Assembly (NCBI RefSeq): GCF_009914755.1
Contig: NC_060930.1
DNA from: the human T2T-CHM13v2.0 reference genome, Homo sapiens
Reading direction: 5' to 3' (one strand)
DNA length: 64,000 nt
The position numbers and the translations under genes are program-made. The notes beneath the pieces are model-generated. The model was not told the DNA's origin. It did not search any database and saw nothing but the letters and a program-made list of their open reading frames with translations. Below are positions 1 to 13,409 of the stretch, in pieces; position 1 is the first letter of the stretch, and the number at the start of each line of letters is the position of its first letter.

Positions 1-1003
1 AGATGCTACCGCTCTCCCCCCAGGTGAGGGCCAGTCAGGAGGCGGTTGCCAGCACGCACTCATTCTCAGGTATTCCTGGCTTAACTATTTGGGGCAGAAG
101 ATGGATGTCAGACATACATGTCTAAACAAAGGAGAAACTGAGTTTATTAACAAAAAGAGACCAACCTTTGCACATGGCAATATGAGGTCCTAGAATTTTT
201 AAGTCATTGTTTTATTTGCATGTGAGTGAGTGTCAGTATTCATGTAGCACAATGCCTGGTGCACAGGCTGAGTATGAATACCTCTCATTATTATTCTTTA
301 CCAGTTTTCAGTAACAAAGCTTGTTTTGGAAAGAGTGCAGTGGAAATTTTCACGATTTGGGGCTGAACAACTTTTAGATAGCGTGCACCTGTTCTGCTTA
401 GATTTCACCTAAGTCAGACCTTGGGGAGACCCCAGGTGAGAAAGTGGATTTTCTTACAAGTCTCCCCCTCGTTTGGGGGTGGGGGATGGACGATGAACCG
501 CATGTTGAGAATGAGGAGAGAGGGGTCACGCAGGGAGCCTCGGAGTCTAAACACGACCTTGCCCTGGGGCCCGCTCTGAGGAATCTCCAGCCTCAATGAC
601 ACGTGGCTCGGAGCAGGGAGTGGAGAAGACTTCCAGCCACAGGGCTGGTTCTGCCTCGTCACATTCAGGAGTCCTGTGGGCATCAGATCTGCTCCTGGAT
701 CCCCTCTCCCAGGCGACTGCCCATGCTGACTTGTGAGCTGTGCTGCGTGTTGAGCAGGAATGTCCATCACTGTGGGTATGCTGTTGAGAGATCCGTGATC
801 ACAGCAGCATGCGAGGCTGCGGGAACTGGAGCCATGTGAGGTTCTGCCTCTCCTGCTGTGCCCCCCACGCTGGCAGGCCCTCCTGCTCCGGGGTGAAGGA
901 GGACCACATCGTTCTTGGCAGTTCTCTGTGGCCTCCCAAGAGCTCTGCATGTGGGACGACGTCGCTGGATCCTGCTCACCTTTTGCCTTCTTCTTCCCCG
1001 CAG

Positions 1004-1190
1004 TGTCATCCTGTGACCAAGAGCACCAGTCTGCCCTGGAGGAAGCCAAGCAGCCCAAGAACGACAATGTGGTGATCCCTGAGTGTGCGCACGGCGGCCT
1101 CTACAAGCCAGTGCAGTGCCACCCCTCCACGGGGTACTGCTGGTGCGTCCTGGTGGACACGGGGCGCCCCATTCCCGGCACATCCACAAG
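1004..1190 (+). CDS. SMOC2: SMOC2 internal coding exon (exon 8 by recalled numbering), second thyroglobulin type-1 domain
   Basis: Polypyrimidine tract and CAG at 1001-1003; donor AAG|GTAAAT at 1191; 187 nt, phase 1 to 2. Encodes VSSCDQEHQSALEEAKQPKNDNVVIPECAHGGLYKPVQCHPSTGYCWCVLVDTGRPIPGTSTR with the QC...CWCV thyroglobulin-1 motif; recognised as SMOC2. Confidence 0.97.
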
Positions 1191-1275
1191 GTAAATAGGG
1201 TGCACCCACCCCCCCCGGGACCATGGGAGGCTTTGGGGTGTGGAAGCCAGGAAAGCAGAACCCCCACTTCCCCCA

Positions 1276-2219
1276 ACACACACCGACACACAGTCACACA
1301 CACACTCACACTCACACACACTGATACCACACACATACCCACACACACCCACGCTCTCACACACACCCACACACACTCATACCACACACACACTCATACC
1401 CACACACACTCATACCCACACACACCCATGGTCTCTCTCACACACACCCACACACATACCCACACACACCCACGCTCTCACACACCCACACACACACATA
1501 CCACACACACCCCCACACTGTTTCACACACACTCATACCCACACACAACCACTCACACGCACACAATCATACCACACACACCCACACTCACACACACACT
1601 GACACACACACATACCCCCCACACCCACACTCACACACACATTCGTACCCCCACACACCCACTCACACCCACACACAATCATACCCCACACACCCACTGA
1701 CACACACACACACTCATACCCCCACACACCCACACTCACACACACTCATACCCCCATACACACCCACACTCATACCACACACACCCACACACACATACCC
1801 CCACACACCCACACATACCCCCACACACCCACACACACTCATACCACACACACCCACACCCACACACACTCATACCCACACTCACACACTCCCCTACACA
1901 CTCTCACACTCTCACACACACACCCACAGTCACACACAACCACTAATACTCTCACACACTCATACCCACACTCATACAATCCCCCAAACACCCCCCCACA
2001 CACAAACATACCCACAGTCACACATTCACCCCCCCCACACACACACACACGCCCCCCACACCCACAGTCACACACAGTCTTATACACACAATCACCCACA
2101 CTAACTCCCCCGACACATCCCCACACTCCCACACTCACACACTCCCCTCTCATACACACCCACACTCACACATCCACACTCACACACACATACTCTCCCC
2201 ACACACACACTCACACACA
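1276..2219 (+). repeat. Degenerate (CA)n / CACACTCATACC low-complexity tract
   Basis: About 940 bp of almost pure C/A with recurring ACACTCATACCCACAC motifs. Confidence 0.95.
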
Positions 2220-2345
2220 GTCTGTCCATCAGCTGTGGGTGTTGCACCTCTTCACCTGGATGGTCTGGTTCTCCAAGTGGCGATCACCCAACGCTGGGTG
2301 ATGCTCTGCTCTTGTGCATGAGCTGCCTATAAAAGCCAGTGGCTT

Positions 2346-2664
<319 letters not shown>

Positions 2665-4244
2665 TCAACTGTTGGAAACTGGAGGAAACCATTTCTTTGA
2701 TGGCCTCCAAAAGCACCCGAGTGGCAGCTGGGAAGCAGCAGTAGCTTCGCCTTCACAGGCAGCGCTGGCTCTTCTGCCCCACTCACGCCGGACGGAATCT
2801 GAAAGGTGGCTCTGGGACCCAGTGCCAGGGTGGAAACGTGGACGGCATCAAATACCAGTGGCAGCTTCCTTCTGCTCCTGGTTTTGGGAAAGGGAGCTCA
2901 GCATTTCATAAAGTGAAAGAACCGATTGTCCAAGATGGCTTTTTATGGTATTCACATATGTGTGCCCCAAATTTATCGCTTTTAGAAAAAGTGAGGCTGT
3001 GCTAAAGACAAGGGCAATGAAAGTTATTCGAGGGCCTGAAATACAAAAACAACTTGTTCACTGGAGTTTTGTGTGAGTTGGAGCAACGTGAGGGTTTTCA
3101 CAGTAGCTCCTGAAGAACAAGAGCTGTGTGTTCATGGAAATTGTATAACCGTGAGTAGAAATGGTTTTGCAGCTCTTTGTAACATGAATTTGACTTCGAT
3201 GTGTCCTAGATTTATATAAAAATAGTTTTAAAGTATATGAAAATATGATCTCTTAAATGTTATCAAATGTAGCCGCTGATGTCACCTTTAATGCTTAGGC
3301 ATGAGCATTTGGACGCTTCCTAAACTGTTTTCCAAATTTGTCACCAAGTGTCACCAGTAGACATTTGTGGGGGAAACTGTGTAGTTTCCAGGGGCTCAAG
3401 CCGACTAATGCCTGTTTCACCAAGATCGGGTCCACCCATCACCGTCTGGCCCGCTGGGAGTCCTGCTTTGGGGAGTGTGATGACGCTGGAGCGTGAGTGC
3501 TGCCCCTTCCTGGCCAGCGCTCCACCGTCCGGCCGCCCTGGCTGACCGCCTGCTCTCGACACCCCACTCAGCCGACACTGCACAGGGGTGCTGAGGCCAG
3601 CGGCTGAGGCTTGGCTTCTGCGGGGCTGATATGGGGGATTGGTTCAAACCCGTGTGCTCCGCAGGGCTTGAAGAGAACATAAAGCTTTTCAAGGTTTTGG
3701 TATGAGAATTATTATTTTTTTAGTTTCTGTGCCTAGGTATAGAGGGAGTACTGTTTTCTAAGAAACCGTTCTTGGAAGCAATGTTTCTGCGTATCTTAGA
3801 GCTCTGGCTGGTTTACAGTGCATATAAGTTGGGGCAGCCCCAGCCCCCAGTGAGGCCCCTGTAGCAGAGGTAGAGACCGCTGGCAGATGCTGTTTTACAC
3901 ACGCCAATGAAAATCTTTAAGCTGTCAAACCCAGAGCTCCTCAAACTGGCTCTGAAATTATGAGATCAGCATTTACTACGCTGTGCCTGAAGAACCTGCC
4001 AACGTCCACTATTGTGATAGGCTAGAAACACAGTAACCCCTCTCTTCCCGTCCATCGATGCTGGTTTCATTCTGCCTGGGCTTCATTCCGCTGTCATGGC
4101 AGAAAGAAAAGTCTCTGGCTCTCCTGTTTCCTATTTCTGCCTACAGAAGCGGGCAGCTCCGTCTTTTTGGAGTTTCAGAAAGAACATGAAAGTAAACAAA
4201 TGGAGACAGCTCCTTTGATTCTGCATGTAATTTTACCTTTATTA

Positions 4245-4365
4245 TTATTCATTCATTCAGCACAAATACTGATTATCAACAACATTCAAACCCTCTTCCA
4301 GGGACTGAGGAAATAGCATTGAATAAGAGAGGAGAGGCCCCACCTCTCCTGCGGTTTACACTCTG
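4245..4365 (-). mobile_element. L2 3' end remnant
   Basis: ATTCATTCATTCAGCACAAATACTGATT resembles the reverse complement of the L2 (TGAA)n terminus; heavily diverged. Confidence 0.45.
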
Positions 4366-5138
4366 CCAGGGGGGTGTCGGACCCAGAACTGCTGTCCCTT
4401 GCTGCCAACAGAAAGCCCTCAAACTTACCTAGTCTCAAAATGTACTTCTCACTCGACTCTCTGGAGACAGGGAAGTTCTGGATGATTTCAGCGGTTCAAA
4501 GACATAATTGTTATAAGTCGTTGGTGGGGGCAGTTGTTGTTGTTTTGGTCTGTTCTGCCGTCTTCTTCTTCCTGGTGTGCTTTGCGGCTTGTTCATGTTA
4601 TAGCTGTTAGGGCATCACAGTGATAATGTATTTTCGAGAAAGAGTTTTTCTTTTTGTCAGCAGAGAAAATCCTTCCCCACCCACCTGCGGTGGTTTCCCC
4701 TCACACTAATTGGCCGGAATATCACTGAACGCCCAGACCCAGACCTGCCTTGGACTGGGGAGAAAAGGGGAAGGGACCTGTTGTGGTTCCTTTTTCAGCA
4801 CCCAGGGCAGGACTAGGATTAGCCCCTTGGCACCCACAGCCACGTGGAGCAGGGTCTGTGGCTAAGAAAGTCTTGGTTTTGTTACAAAAGTGGAAGGGGA
4901 GGCAGCCTGCAGGGTCTGGTTCCTCGTGCAAACAGTTAGACAGGTGGTAGACACAAAGATGGTAGAGGTGGTGGGGCAAGACCAGGGCTGGGCCCAGTGA
5001 GGGCAGGTCAGGGTGCCGGCACAGGCCTCTCTAGGGCCGAGATGCTGGAGGCAGTTGTAGCCACAGTGGCTGGGGAGTGTTGTTTCAGGCAGAGGGCAGG
5101 TCCTGGGAGAGATGAGTGTGGTGTGTTTGAATGGGGAG

Positions 5139-5533
5139 TGACAGGGTTTGGCTGTGTCCCCACCCAAATCTCATCTTGAATGGTAATTTCCATAATCCCC
5201 ACGTGTCGTGGGAGGGACCTACCCTGTGGGAAGTGATTGGATCATGGGGGTGGTTTCCTCCTTGCTGTTCTCGTGATAGTGAGTGAGTTATCATGAGATC
5301 CGATGGTTTTATACATGTCTGACATTTCCCCTGCTTGCACTCACTCCATCCTGCCGCCCTGTGAAAGGGTGCCTGCGTCTCCTTTGCTTTCTGCCATGAC
5401 TGTAATTTTCCTGAGGCCTCCCCAACCATGCCAAACTGTGAGTCAATTAAACCTTTTTTTTTTTTTTTTTTTTTTTTAGAAATTACCGAGTCTCAGGTAT
5501 TTCTTCACAGCAGCATGAGAACAGATTAATACT
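5139..5533 (+). mobile_element. THE1-family (ERVL-MaLR) solo LTR with internal T24 expansion
   Basis: TGACAGGGTTTGGCTGTGTCCCCACCCAAATCTCATCTTGAA start and ...ACAGATTAATACT end; near-[13 protein letters not shown]; ATTAAA at 5446. Confidence 0.92.
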
Positions 5534-5709
5534 GGGGGTGTCATAGGGGTGGGGCAGATGGGGAACAGCTGGTGGAAGCCAGAGAACAGAGCGGGTCCAC
5601 TCACAATGGGGTTGGAACATCTGTCACGTCTCAGCTCCCCTGGGAAGCTGCTGGGACAGTTTAGCAGAGGAGTGATACAATCTCTCAACAATCCTGAAAA
5701 ACACTCACA

Positions 5710-5920
5710 TTTATTCATTTACCTTTTATTCAATAAACATGTGAATGCCCTCAATGTTCCAGGCATTGTATTGGGAGCTGGGGATACACCAGTGAACAAA
5801 ACAGGTACAGTCCATGCTTCCACGGAGCCTGCATGATAATGGGAAGATGCAGATATAAGCCAAACACATCACACTTAGCAGACATGGGTAAACATGTGGT
5901 ATAATGTCAAATGCTCTGGA
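5710..5920 (-). mobile_element. L2 3' remnant
   Basis: ATTCAATAAACATGTGAATGCC...CCAGGCATTGTATTGGGAGCTGGGGATACACCAGTGAACAAAACAG matches the familiar antisense L2 3' pattern. Confidence 0.6.
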
Positions 5921-8900
5921 GGAAAAAAAAAAAACCAGTAATCCACAAGAGGGACTTGGGATGGGGCACAGCTTGAAGGAAATGGCAGGGGCGACTCCCT
6001 GAAATGCCGACATCAGAGTCAAGACCTCAAGAAGCAAGGAAGCCTGCAGAAGTCCAGCCTGGTCAGAGGTGGTGAATGCCACTGAGGGCCCAGCCCCAGA
6101 ACCCAGTGCAGTTTTTATCAAAAGGTGGGGTGTATCAGTTAGGAAGCTTTTGGTTTCATGTAGTGAGATGAGAAACTGATGAATGAATATAAATGACCAG
6201 AGATGGCATGATCTCCCTAAGAGGCACAGCAGTGGAGCAGGCTCAGCCTCCATTGAGGCTGTCATCTGGCAATGTTGCCGAGGACATTCCCTCTCCCAAA
6301 GCCGCCCTGACACCCTCATTCTGTTTTCTTGGCCATTAGGCAGGTTCCCCTCTTGGTCACAGGATGGCTGCAACAGATCCGGACATCTCATCCAGATGCC
6401 ACAGTGCTCAGAGGACACAGGAGCCCATCTCTTTGTTTCTTTGGAGCCAAAAATCCCTTCCCTAGAATTCTGCTAGCAAATTTAATTCATGGATCATTGG
6501 TCAGAATTAGATCATATGTCCATGGCTAAACCCACTGCTGGCAAGAAAAATTGAGTTGGTTTACACTGGTTTGAATTGATCACCTAGGGAGACATGGGTA
6601 CTGGGCACCAGGCAAAATAATCAATATTAGGCAGTATCTGATAAGCCACAGCCAGCTTCACCATTCCTCATCTCCCAGTGATTCTGCCATTATTGAGTAA
6701 CCAGGTCGCATTTCTATTTAAATGCCCTCTGTTCCCTCAGCGCAATTTTCTTATTAACTTTCTGAAATAAGCAGCCCCAGGGAGATACTTTATAGTTTTG
6801 ATTTATACCTGGGTTGGCAATTAAGATGTTTGTTTTCTTTAATCATCCTCTAAATTTCCTGATGGGGAAGAAACATTTAATAATCCAGTAACAGTAAGAA
6901 GCTATAAACATAAATTGCATCGTCTTTGATATGTGACCTCTCTTATCTTCATGTCACCATGCATGAGAATTAAAAGGCGTTAGTTTTGTGGCAGACTCAT
7001 CCCAAGGACCACAAGTACATGCCACTCTGCCCAGATGAGGCAGGAGCAGCTTGCTCTGGTGCAGTTTCTAGTTGGACCCATCACTTAGAAGGAGATATGA
7101 GGAGGGGCAGAGGCTTCAGCCCTTCCTAGTGCCCCTGACTTTTGTGTCAAAATTGGCATCTTCGTCATTGTTTGCAGATCCCGGAAGGAGGGGTCCAGGC
7201 ACCTGTCATGAGTGCAGGCCCCCATGAATGGTAGAGTCCAGGTGGGAGCCGAGGGGCAAGTTTCCCCTCAGCCACTAACAGTAGTGAGGAGAGAATGGGA
7301 AGGGGCCATCAGACTGAGCTGAGTCAGGCTGATGGCCAGATTCTGCATTCATGCCCAGAACAGAGAGGCTGATGAAGCCTTTGTCTGTCTGCCATCCAAC
7401 TGCTGGCTGTTCCTACCTCACATCTGGGCAGCCTCTGTTCCTGGACCCCAGAGCATGTCTCTCAATGAGGTGTGTAGCCTCTGTTCCCCAACCCCAGAGC
7501 GTGTCTTTCAGTGGGGTGTGCAGGGGATCATGTGGGCATAGGACTGCATTTCTCCCTGGCAGAGAACCTGGTATCTGATGGGCAATGAGAGAAGAGACGT
7601 TTGTGTTTTTCCTTATACAAATAAGTTAAAATAAACCTATGGAAAAGAATGGTGATGGATGACAAAGCTGAAATTAACGGACTTATTTCTCCTCTTTCTC
7701 CTCTCTTGAGATTGTCAATTCTGCAAGTCATGGGCATTTCACACTACTCATTAAAACAAGCAGAATACTGTCATGTAAATATATATTTTTATATTAGCAT
7801 CAGTGATAGGATTTGCAACATACCTCTATCCCAAATGTGGAACAAAACCGAAATGCCCGTCCAGGTGGCTGGCTTCCTGATTGCTTCGAAGCTAGGAGAT
7901 TTGGAATGAGGGTAAGAAATGATCTAGTCTCGTGCCACCCATGTGAAGGATACAGGTACTGATCCTGAAGGGCTTCAGGGGCACAACAGAGTTCATGTTA
8001 ACACTTCCTTTTTCTAACACTACAGAGCAGTCCAGGGCTCTAAGGAGGTGTGCCCTCTGATACTCGGAGAAGCAAGATGGCCCCTAAGGGCTGGAACTCT
8101 ATCCTCAGAGTCTACGTCATCCATTCTGAGCTGGGACATTCGCCTGGCTTTTGGCAGCTCCCCCTTCATAAGCCCTCGGGCAGGAAGGGTCCATTCTAAT
8201 GTAGGTCTCAATTCGGCCCCTGAGACACTGACCCGGAGCTTGAAGTGAAGATCGTTCAGCCCTCAGAGTGCCCTAGTTCTACAAATTTAACACGCATAAG
8301 TAAAAATAAGAGCTTCCTAATCCCTCAGGAAGCCAGCTTCCTGTACACATCATCTCTGGGTGAATGTTTTACTTCTCACCTGCTGGCCGCAGCAGCAGCT
8401 GCATTAGGAGACACCTGGCTGGGTAACAGGTCCTTTACTGAGTTCGCCTTTCTTGTGACCTCTTGGAGCTGACCCCCACCCCCACATTTTCAAAGAATAT
8501 GAGTTAATGGCTTTCAGTTAGAATGTGATAGCTTAACTGTTTGCCAGAGTGTGTCAGAGACTTTAATTTCAAAAACAATATTTCAAAAAGATATATTAAG
8601 TTTGTCTGACTGGGGTGGCAGGTTTTCTGGTATCAAAGAGGCTATTGAGGGCCAAGGGTGGCAGGAATGTGTGGTTCCTGACTCTTATGACAGCTGGATG
8701 GGGTCCTCTCACTGGGACTGCTGGACTCTCTGGGGCCTCTGTTAGAACACTTTAAATATGTCCCTTTAGAGAGAAATTTCATTTTATTTTCTATGGCTGA
8801 AAAGCATGTAAGCAATGAAAAAAATAGAACCTAAAGTGATCTCTGTGAAGTAAATAGGATCTTGTAGCCCTTTCTTTAAGAATGAAAAAAGAAAATAGGG

Positions 8901-9989
8901 CAGAGGGAGAGGATGAGAACTGGCGGAACGCTGGCCTCCTGACAACCTCAGGGCTCCGGGCCGGACCCCCTCCCGCTGGCCTCCTGCTTGTCTTCTTCAT
9001 TTTCCAAGGAGTCTTTCTGGAGCCCCAAGACTGCACCTGTGCCCCATGATGGTGTTGGCGGGCACTGCGTCTCCCAGTGTGTCACTTGCCAGGGCCTGAG
9101 GAGGCCGCCACGAAGGATTCCACGTGCCTGACACTCATGGATGGGAGGGGCAGGGGGCTGGGGAGCCGCCATGCAGCATGAGGTCAGCTGAGTGGAGGGG
9201 AAGCGAGGAAAGTTGGTGTGGGCTGTCTGGGGTCCTGCGAGTCCACAGAAAGGGGCGGTGGGTGTGCTGACCCAGGAATCTCCCATCTCCCGGGAACGCA
9301 CCTCCCCGGCGTCTCCTTCATGCTGGTGAGAAGCCCCACTTCTTGGTGAAAGCCACAGTGAAGGTTTTCTGTGTGCGGAAGATTGTCCTCCTTGGGGGTG
9401 GGGGCTCCGGGAGGCAGGTTCTCATGGTGGCCCGCACTCTGTTTAAATGTCCACCTCCTCTACTGGATGAGGCTGGTGGTCTGCGTGGCAGGGGTCTCCT
9501 CCTTGCCCTACACCCAGGACAAGGATAAAACCCAGGCAAAGCAGGCCTTGGTCAAGGGCTGCTGAATGGCATGCATATGGCAGTGTTTATGAGCTGTTTA
9601 CCGGATTTGAATCTGACACCCTTAGGGACAGGCACCCTGGTTCCCACTGCCAATTCAGTAGTACCACAGAGCCACTTGCTCCCATGAGCTCTGCAACCGC
9701 AGCAGCCAGGGCACCTGCCCTCTTGGATGTCAGCCCTGTCTGTTCAGGACTTAACCTGCAGTTTGTCATTGATGCTAAGTGGGACCAGAGAGTCGTTTTT
9801 TTTTTTTTAACACTGAGGCAGACTTTCGTAGCTTCACGAGGTGGATTGGAAATGAGTTGGCCTTTGGTGCTACAGGAATCTAAATCCTGAAGTCCTTTGC
9901 ATCCTTTCCTTGGGCGGGGTGGGGGTAGTGGTCACACCCTCTGTCCTCGTGCACACACTCCTGCTCTGACGAAACAACCCAAGTGCTTC

Positions 9990-10123
9990 CTCCATCCAAC
10001 CCTGCAACGGGAGGAGGGGGAGGTGTGGGCGCTGCTCCATCCAACCCTGCAACGGGAGGAGGGGGAGGTGTGGGCGCTGCTCCATCCAACCCTGCAACGG
10101 GAGGAGGGGGAGGTGTGGGTGCT
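9990..10123. repeat. 45-bp tandem repeat, 3 copies
   Basis: CTCCATCCAACCCTGCAACGGGAGGAGGGGGAGGTGTGGGCGCTG repeated about 3 times. Confidence 0.95.
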
Positions 10124-10410
10124 TGGCAGCTGCTAGATGAGATTCATTTCAGAGACGGGATGGAGAGACGGCCCTGCTGTGTGATTGAAGTCACAGTGTG
10201 CTTCTTCCTACTGACTGCAAGCAATAGCTTTCTATGCCAAATATCCACAAAGGTGACAGAAAGGAGTGAGGAGGTCATGGGTGTCATAGCATCAGAGCCA
10301 CAGGTCACGGTGTATGCTAGGGTAGGACACTCCAGAAATGGAAGACAAACCACAGCTGGTCTCAAGCCCGTTGTTTTCTCTCTCCTTCCCCCGCCTTCCC
10401 CCGCCCATAG

Positions 10411-10493
10411 GTACGAGCAGCCGAAATGTGACAACACGGCCAGGGCCCACCCAGCCAAAGCCCGGGACCTGTACAAGGGCCGCCAGCTACAAG
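10411..10493 (+). CDS. SMOC2: SMOC2 internal coding exon (exon 9), end of TY2 domain and linker
   Basis: Pyrimidine tract and TAG at 10408-10410; donor AAG|GTGAGC at 10494; 83 nt, phase 2 to 1. Encodes (R)YEQPKCDNTARAHPAKARDLYKGRQLQ(G), in frame with both neighbours. Confidence 0.96.
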
Positions 10494-13172
10494 GTGAGCA
10501 GCACCCGCGAGTGTGGCCCGAATCCACAGGCCCCACCATGCAGTTTCTTGCAAATTTGGAATGAAAAAGACTTTATCTGACTCTGTTTCCCAGGGGGCCT
10601 GTCTGACTCTGAGGCCTCCTACCTCCTTGCAGAGGGCCCTGAGTCCAGGCAGGGAGACAGGGGGCCAGGAGCCCACACGGGGAGCACCTGGGGGGCTTCC
10701 TCCCTGCTGCTGTGTATGGAAGGTCAGACATGGAAGAGAAAGAAAGGGCCCCTCACAAATCAGATCAGCACACAGCACCCTAACCTCTCTAGATGCTCCT
10801 GAACCCCACAGCCCAAAGAACCCTTTATTCATTCTACCTACATTTCACTGTCACTTTCTGACATTCCTTTTGCACTGAATCAACAGTTCATGAAGCTAAA
10901 GTTTAGGTTTTAAGAAAACATGAGTTGAATGTATGTATTGAGTTTAATTACAAAGAAATATTGTAATTAAACAGAGGTGAATTAAAATTTATAATAATTG
11001 AAAAATGCAGTCACAAAAAGACGTCATGGGGTGAATTTGATATATCATTAAGAAGCTTCAAAGCTACTTGCCATTTGTTTCATTTTGATCTTTTTTTCTC
11101 TAAATATCTCCAGATTGTGTATGTTTAACCAACATCTCAGAGACATGAAAATCACACTACAGCGTACTTTGTTTAGAGTGCGTGCTTGATCTTGTCTCAT
11201 ACAGAAACTGGATGAATTCCGGATGAGTAAACTTTTGTGCTTCCTGTACTATTTGTACTGTCATTGGTAGAAAGGTTTTAAATTGTAAAAAGTAAAGATG
11301 TTCGGCTTATAAATGAGGACAGGGTAGAGCAGAATGTCCACAGTCTATACATGTTTCATTGCTACGTGTTCATAGCGATTCCACAACATGAGTAACGAGA
11401 ATGGTTGACACAGGGAAGCAGAGGGCGGAATGTGGTTCCGGGGACACACAGCACAGTTATTCTGCCAGCTCTTGGTAAACACCGTGCAGCTCACTGGCCT
11501 GGCTTGTTAGGAACTGTCTTTGTCTTAGTTCTTCATGGTTTCCCAGCCGTGTACCTCCTCAGTGTCTTCCTTGTGAGGCAGGTTTGAGGAATCTGTTGGT
11601 TCTAGTAATTTTTTTTTAATGAGAGTATGGTCCTTGTGTGAGCAATCAACTTGCTTTCTGTTGAATGAATCAGCTTCTTTCTGGATCTCGCAGGTGAGGG
11701 TGGGGGAAGAGATCACGATGGTGCAAACACACCCGTCCCTGTGCATGCCTAGTGAAGGGTGTTTTGCCTTTGACCCCGTGTCTGCAGGCTGTGCTCAGCT
11801 GCTGGCTGAATTCCATCCCCCTGATGGCCCTGTCAGGAGGGAGTTCTCCTCCTCCATTATCTGGTGTCATCTCTTGTCTCTGAAGTCCGATTTTAATATT
11901 GGTGGGCAAGATGTTTCCTTAAAAGACATAATGAGCTTCTCACATGCTTGCTGCATGGAAAGCCCTCAATAAATGTTTCCTGGTTTTGGTTGGTCTTGAC
12001 CTTGTCACGTACACTTCAATCTGTCTTTTGCCCCTAGTGTACTTCTTGAAGAGTCCAAGATTCTTAACTTATTTTTTTTTTCGATAGCACAAAGTTGCAT
12101 CACTTCTAAGCCAAGCTGCACTGTGGTCTTCACACAGGTGATACGAGTGCAATTTATGGAAGTCAGTATCGCTTCTCATTGGTAAAAGGGACCGTGACAG
12201 AGGCTGGCTTCTGCTGCCTCTCAGGAGTGCACGTGGCAGGAAGACCTTTTCCTGGTGGAATCTAATCTGTTACACTCTAGACCCAGACTATTGATTTAAA
12301 GATGACACAGTCATTTGTCCAGTGAGAACAACTGGTCCTTGATATTGAGAAACATGATGTCATTGTCTTCTCTGAGTGTCAGAGGTGCCATTTGGAGATA
12401 CAGCATCCCACACTGTGAGGATGGGCACGTCAGAAACCATGCTCCTCTCTGCTAAAACGGGAGGAGAAGGATGGTTAGATGCTCACAATGAAGACAGCGT
12501 TTCCTTGCCCACACCTCAGACGAAAACCAGATTGCTGAGGCATCAAAGCCACGTGACGCAAACTGTGCAAAGGTCAGCTTGTGCTGTTGCCGTAGATGTT
12601 TGGGAGTGCACTGTTCATGACCACTTAATTATTTTGATTATTTGGAGATAATTATCCTTATTAGGAAAAAACAAGTAGGTCTTAAAATAGCTGCAGGATA
12701 GAGGCTGTTCCTGGTAGAGAGGAGAAACCTATTTCCAAAATAACACAGCAGCCTTTGAGTAGGAAGATCCTTCAGGTCCCATGCAGGCTGATGTATTTTA
12801 TTCTTAAAAGGTACCGTTTCCTTTTGAAGTTGCTTTTCTAAGGTTTTGCCAATGTAGGTCCTCTATTTTCCATGTAAAGCTGATAATATTTTCACACAAA
12901 ATTCACTTGTTTGGGGTGAGCAGTTGATTTGTCACCAAATACTTATTCACATCTTATGTAGGACAGTTAGCAGGTGTTTGGCAGCAAACGATCATTGAGT
13001 CTTTGGAGGCCATCATTTTATTATATGGCACAAGAGATCTAGGTCTGGCTTAAGGGGCTACATAGTGACGACTGGGTCACCGTTTTGGCTTTTGAAGGTT
13101 CTTCTTTCATTGCGTAGGTTTCCTCCTGGGACTATCACATCCTGTGTAGCAGAAATTCTAAAAAGAGGCACA

Positions 13173-13247
13173 AAACCACACCTTCTTAAACCACACCTTC
13201 CTAAACCAGATCTTCTTAAACCAGCCCTTCCTAAACCACACCTTCTT
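13173..13247. repeat. 15-bp tandem repeat, 5 copies
   Basis: AAACCACACCTTC(C/T)T units. Confidence 0.85.
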
Positions 13248-13409
13248 CTTGGACAGGTTCACCTCACTTTATTTTGCCCTGGCATCTCTGATCACACTCT
13301 GGTTGGTGTTTTAAATAACAGGGTTACTCTGTCTCTCCAGCCTCCCCAGCCCCCTGACATCCTCCCAGGTCCTCATGTGAGGCTGGAGAACCAGGCACTT
13401 GCATTGAGC

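Noticed and set aside
414-1393. 217 and 208 aa minus-strand ORFs overlapping exon 8
   Set aside because: Antisense shadow of a GC-rich exon; no recognisable protein features.
1083-2165. His/Thr-rich and Cys/Val-rich ORFs (also at 26.6-27.3 kb and 61.1-61.5 kb)
   Set aside because: Translations of CA/TG simple repeats.
6130-6560. Possible old MLT1-type LTR (also a possible LTR fragment near 61600-61790)
   Set aside because: Too diverged to assign by eye; needs RepeatMasker/Dfam.
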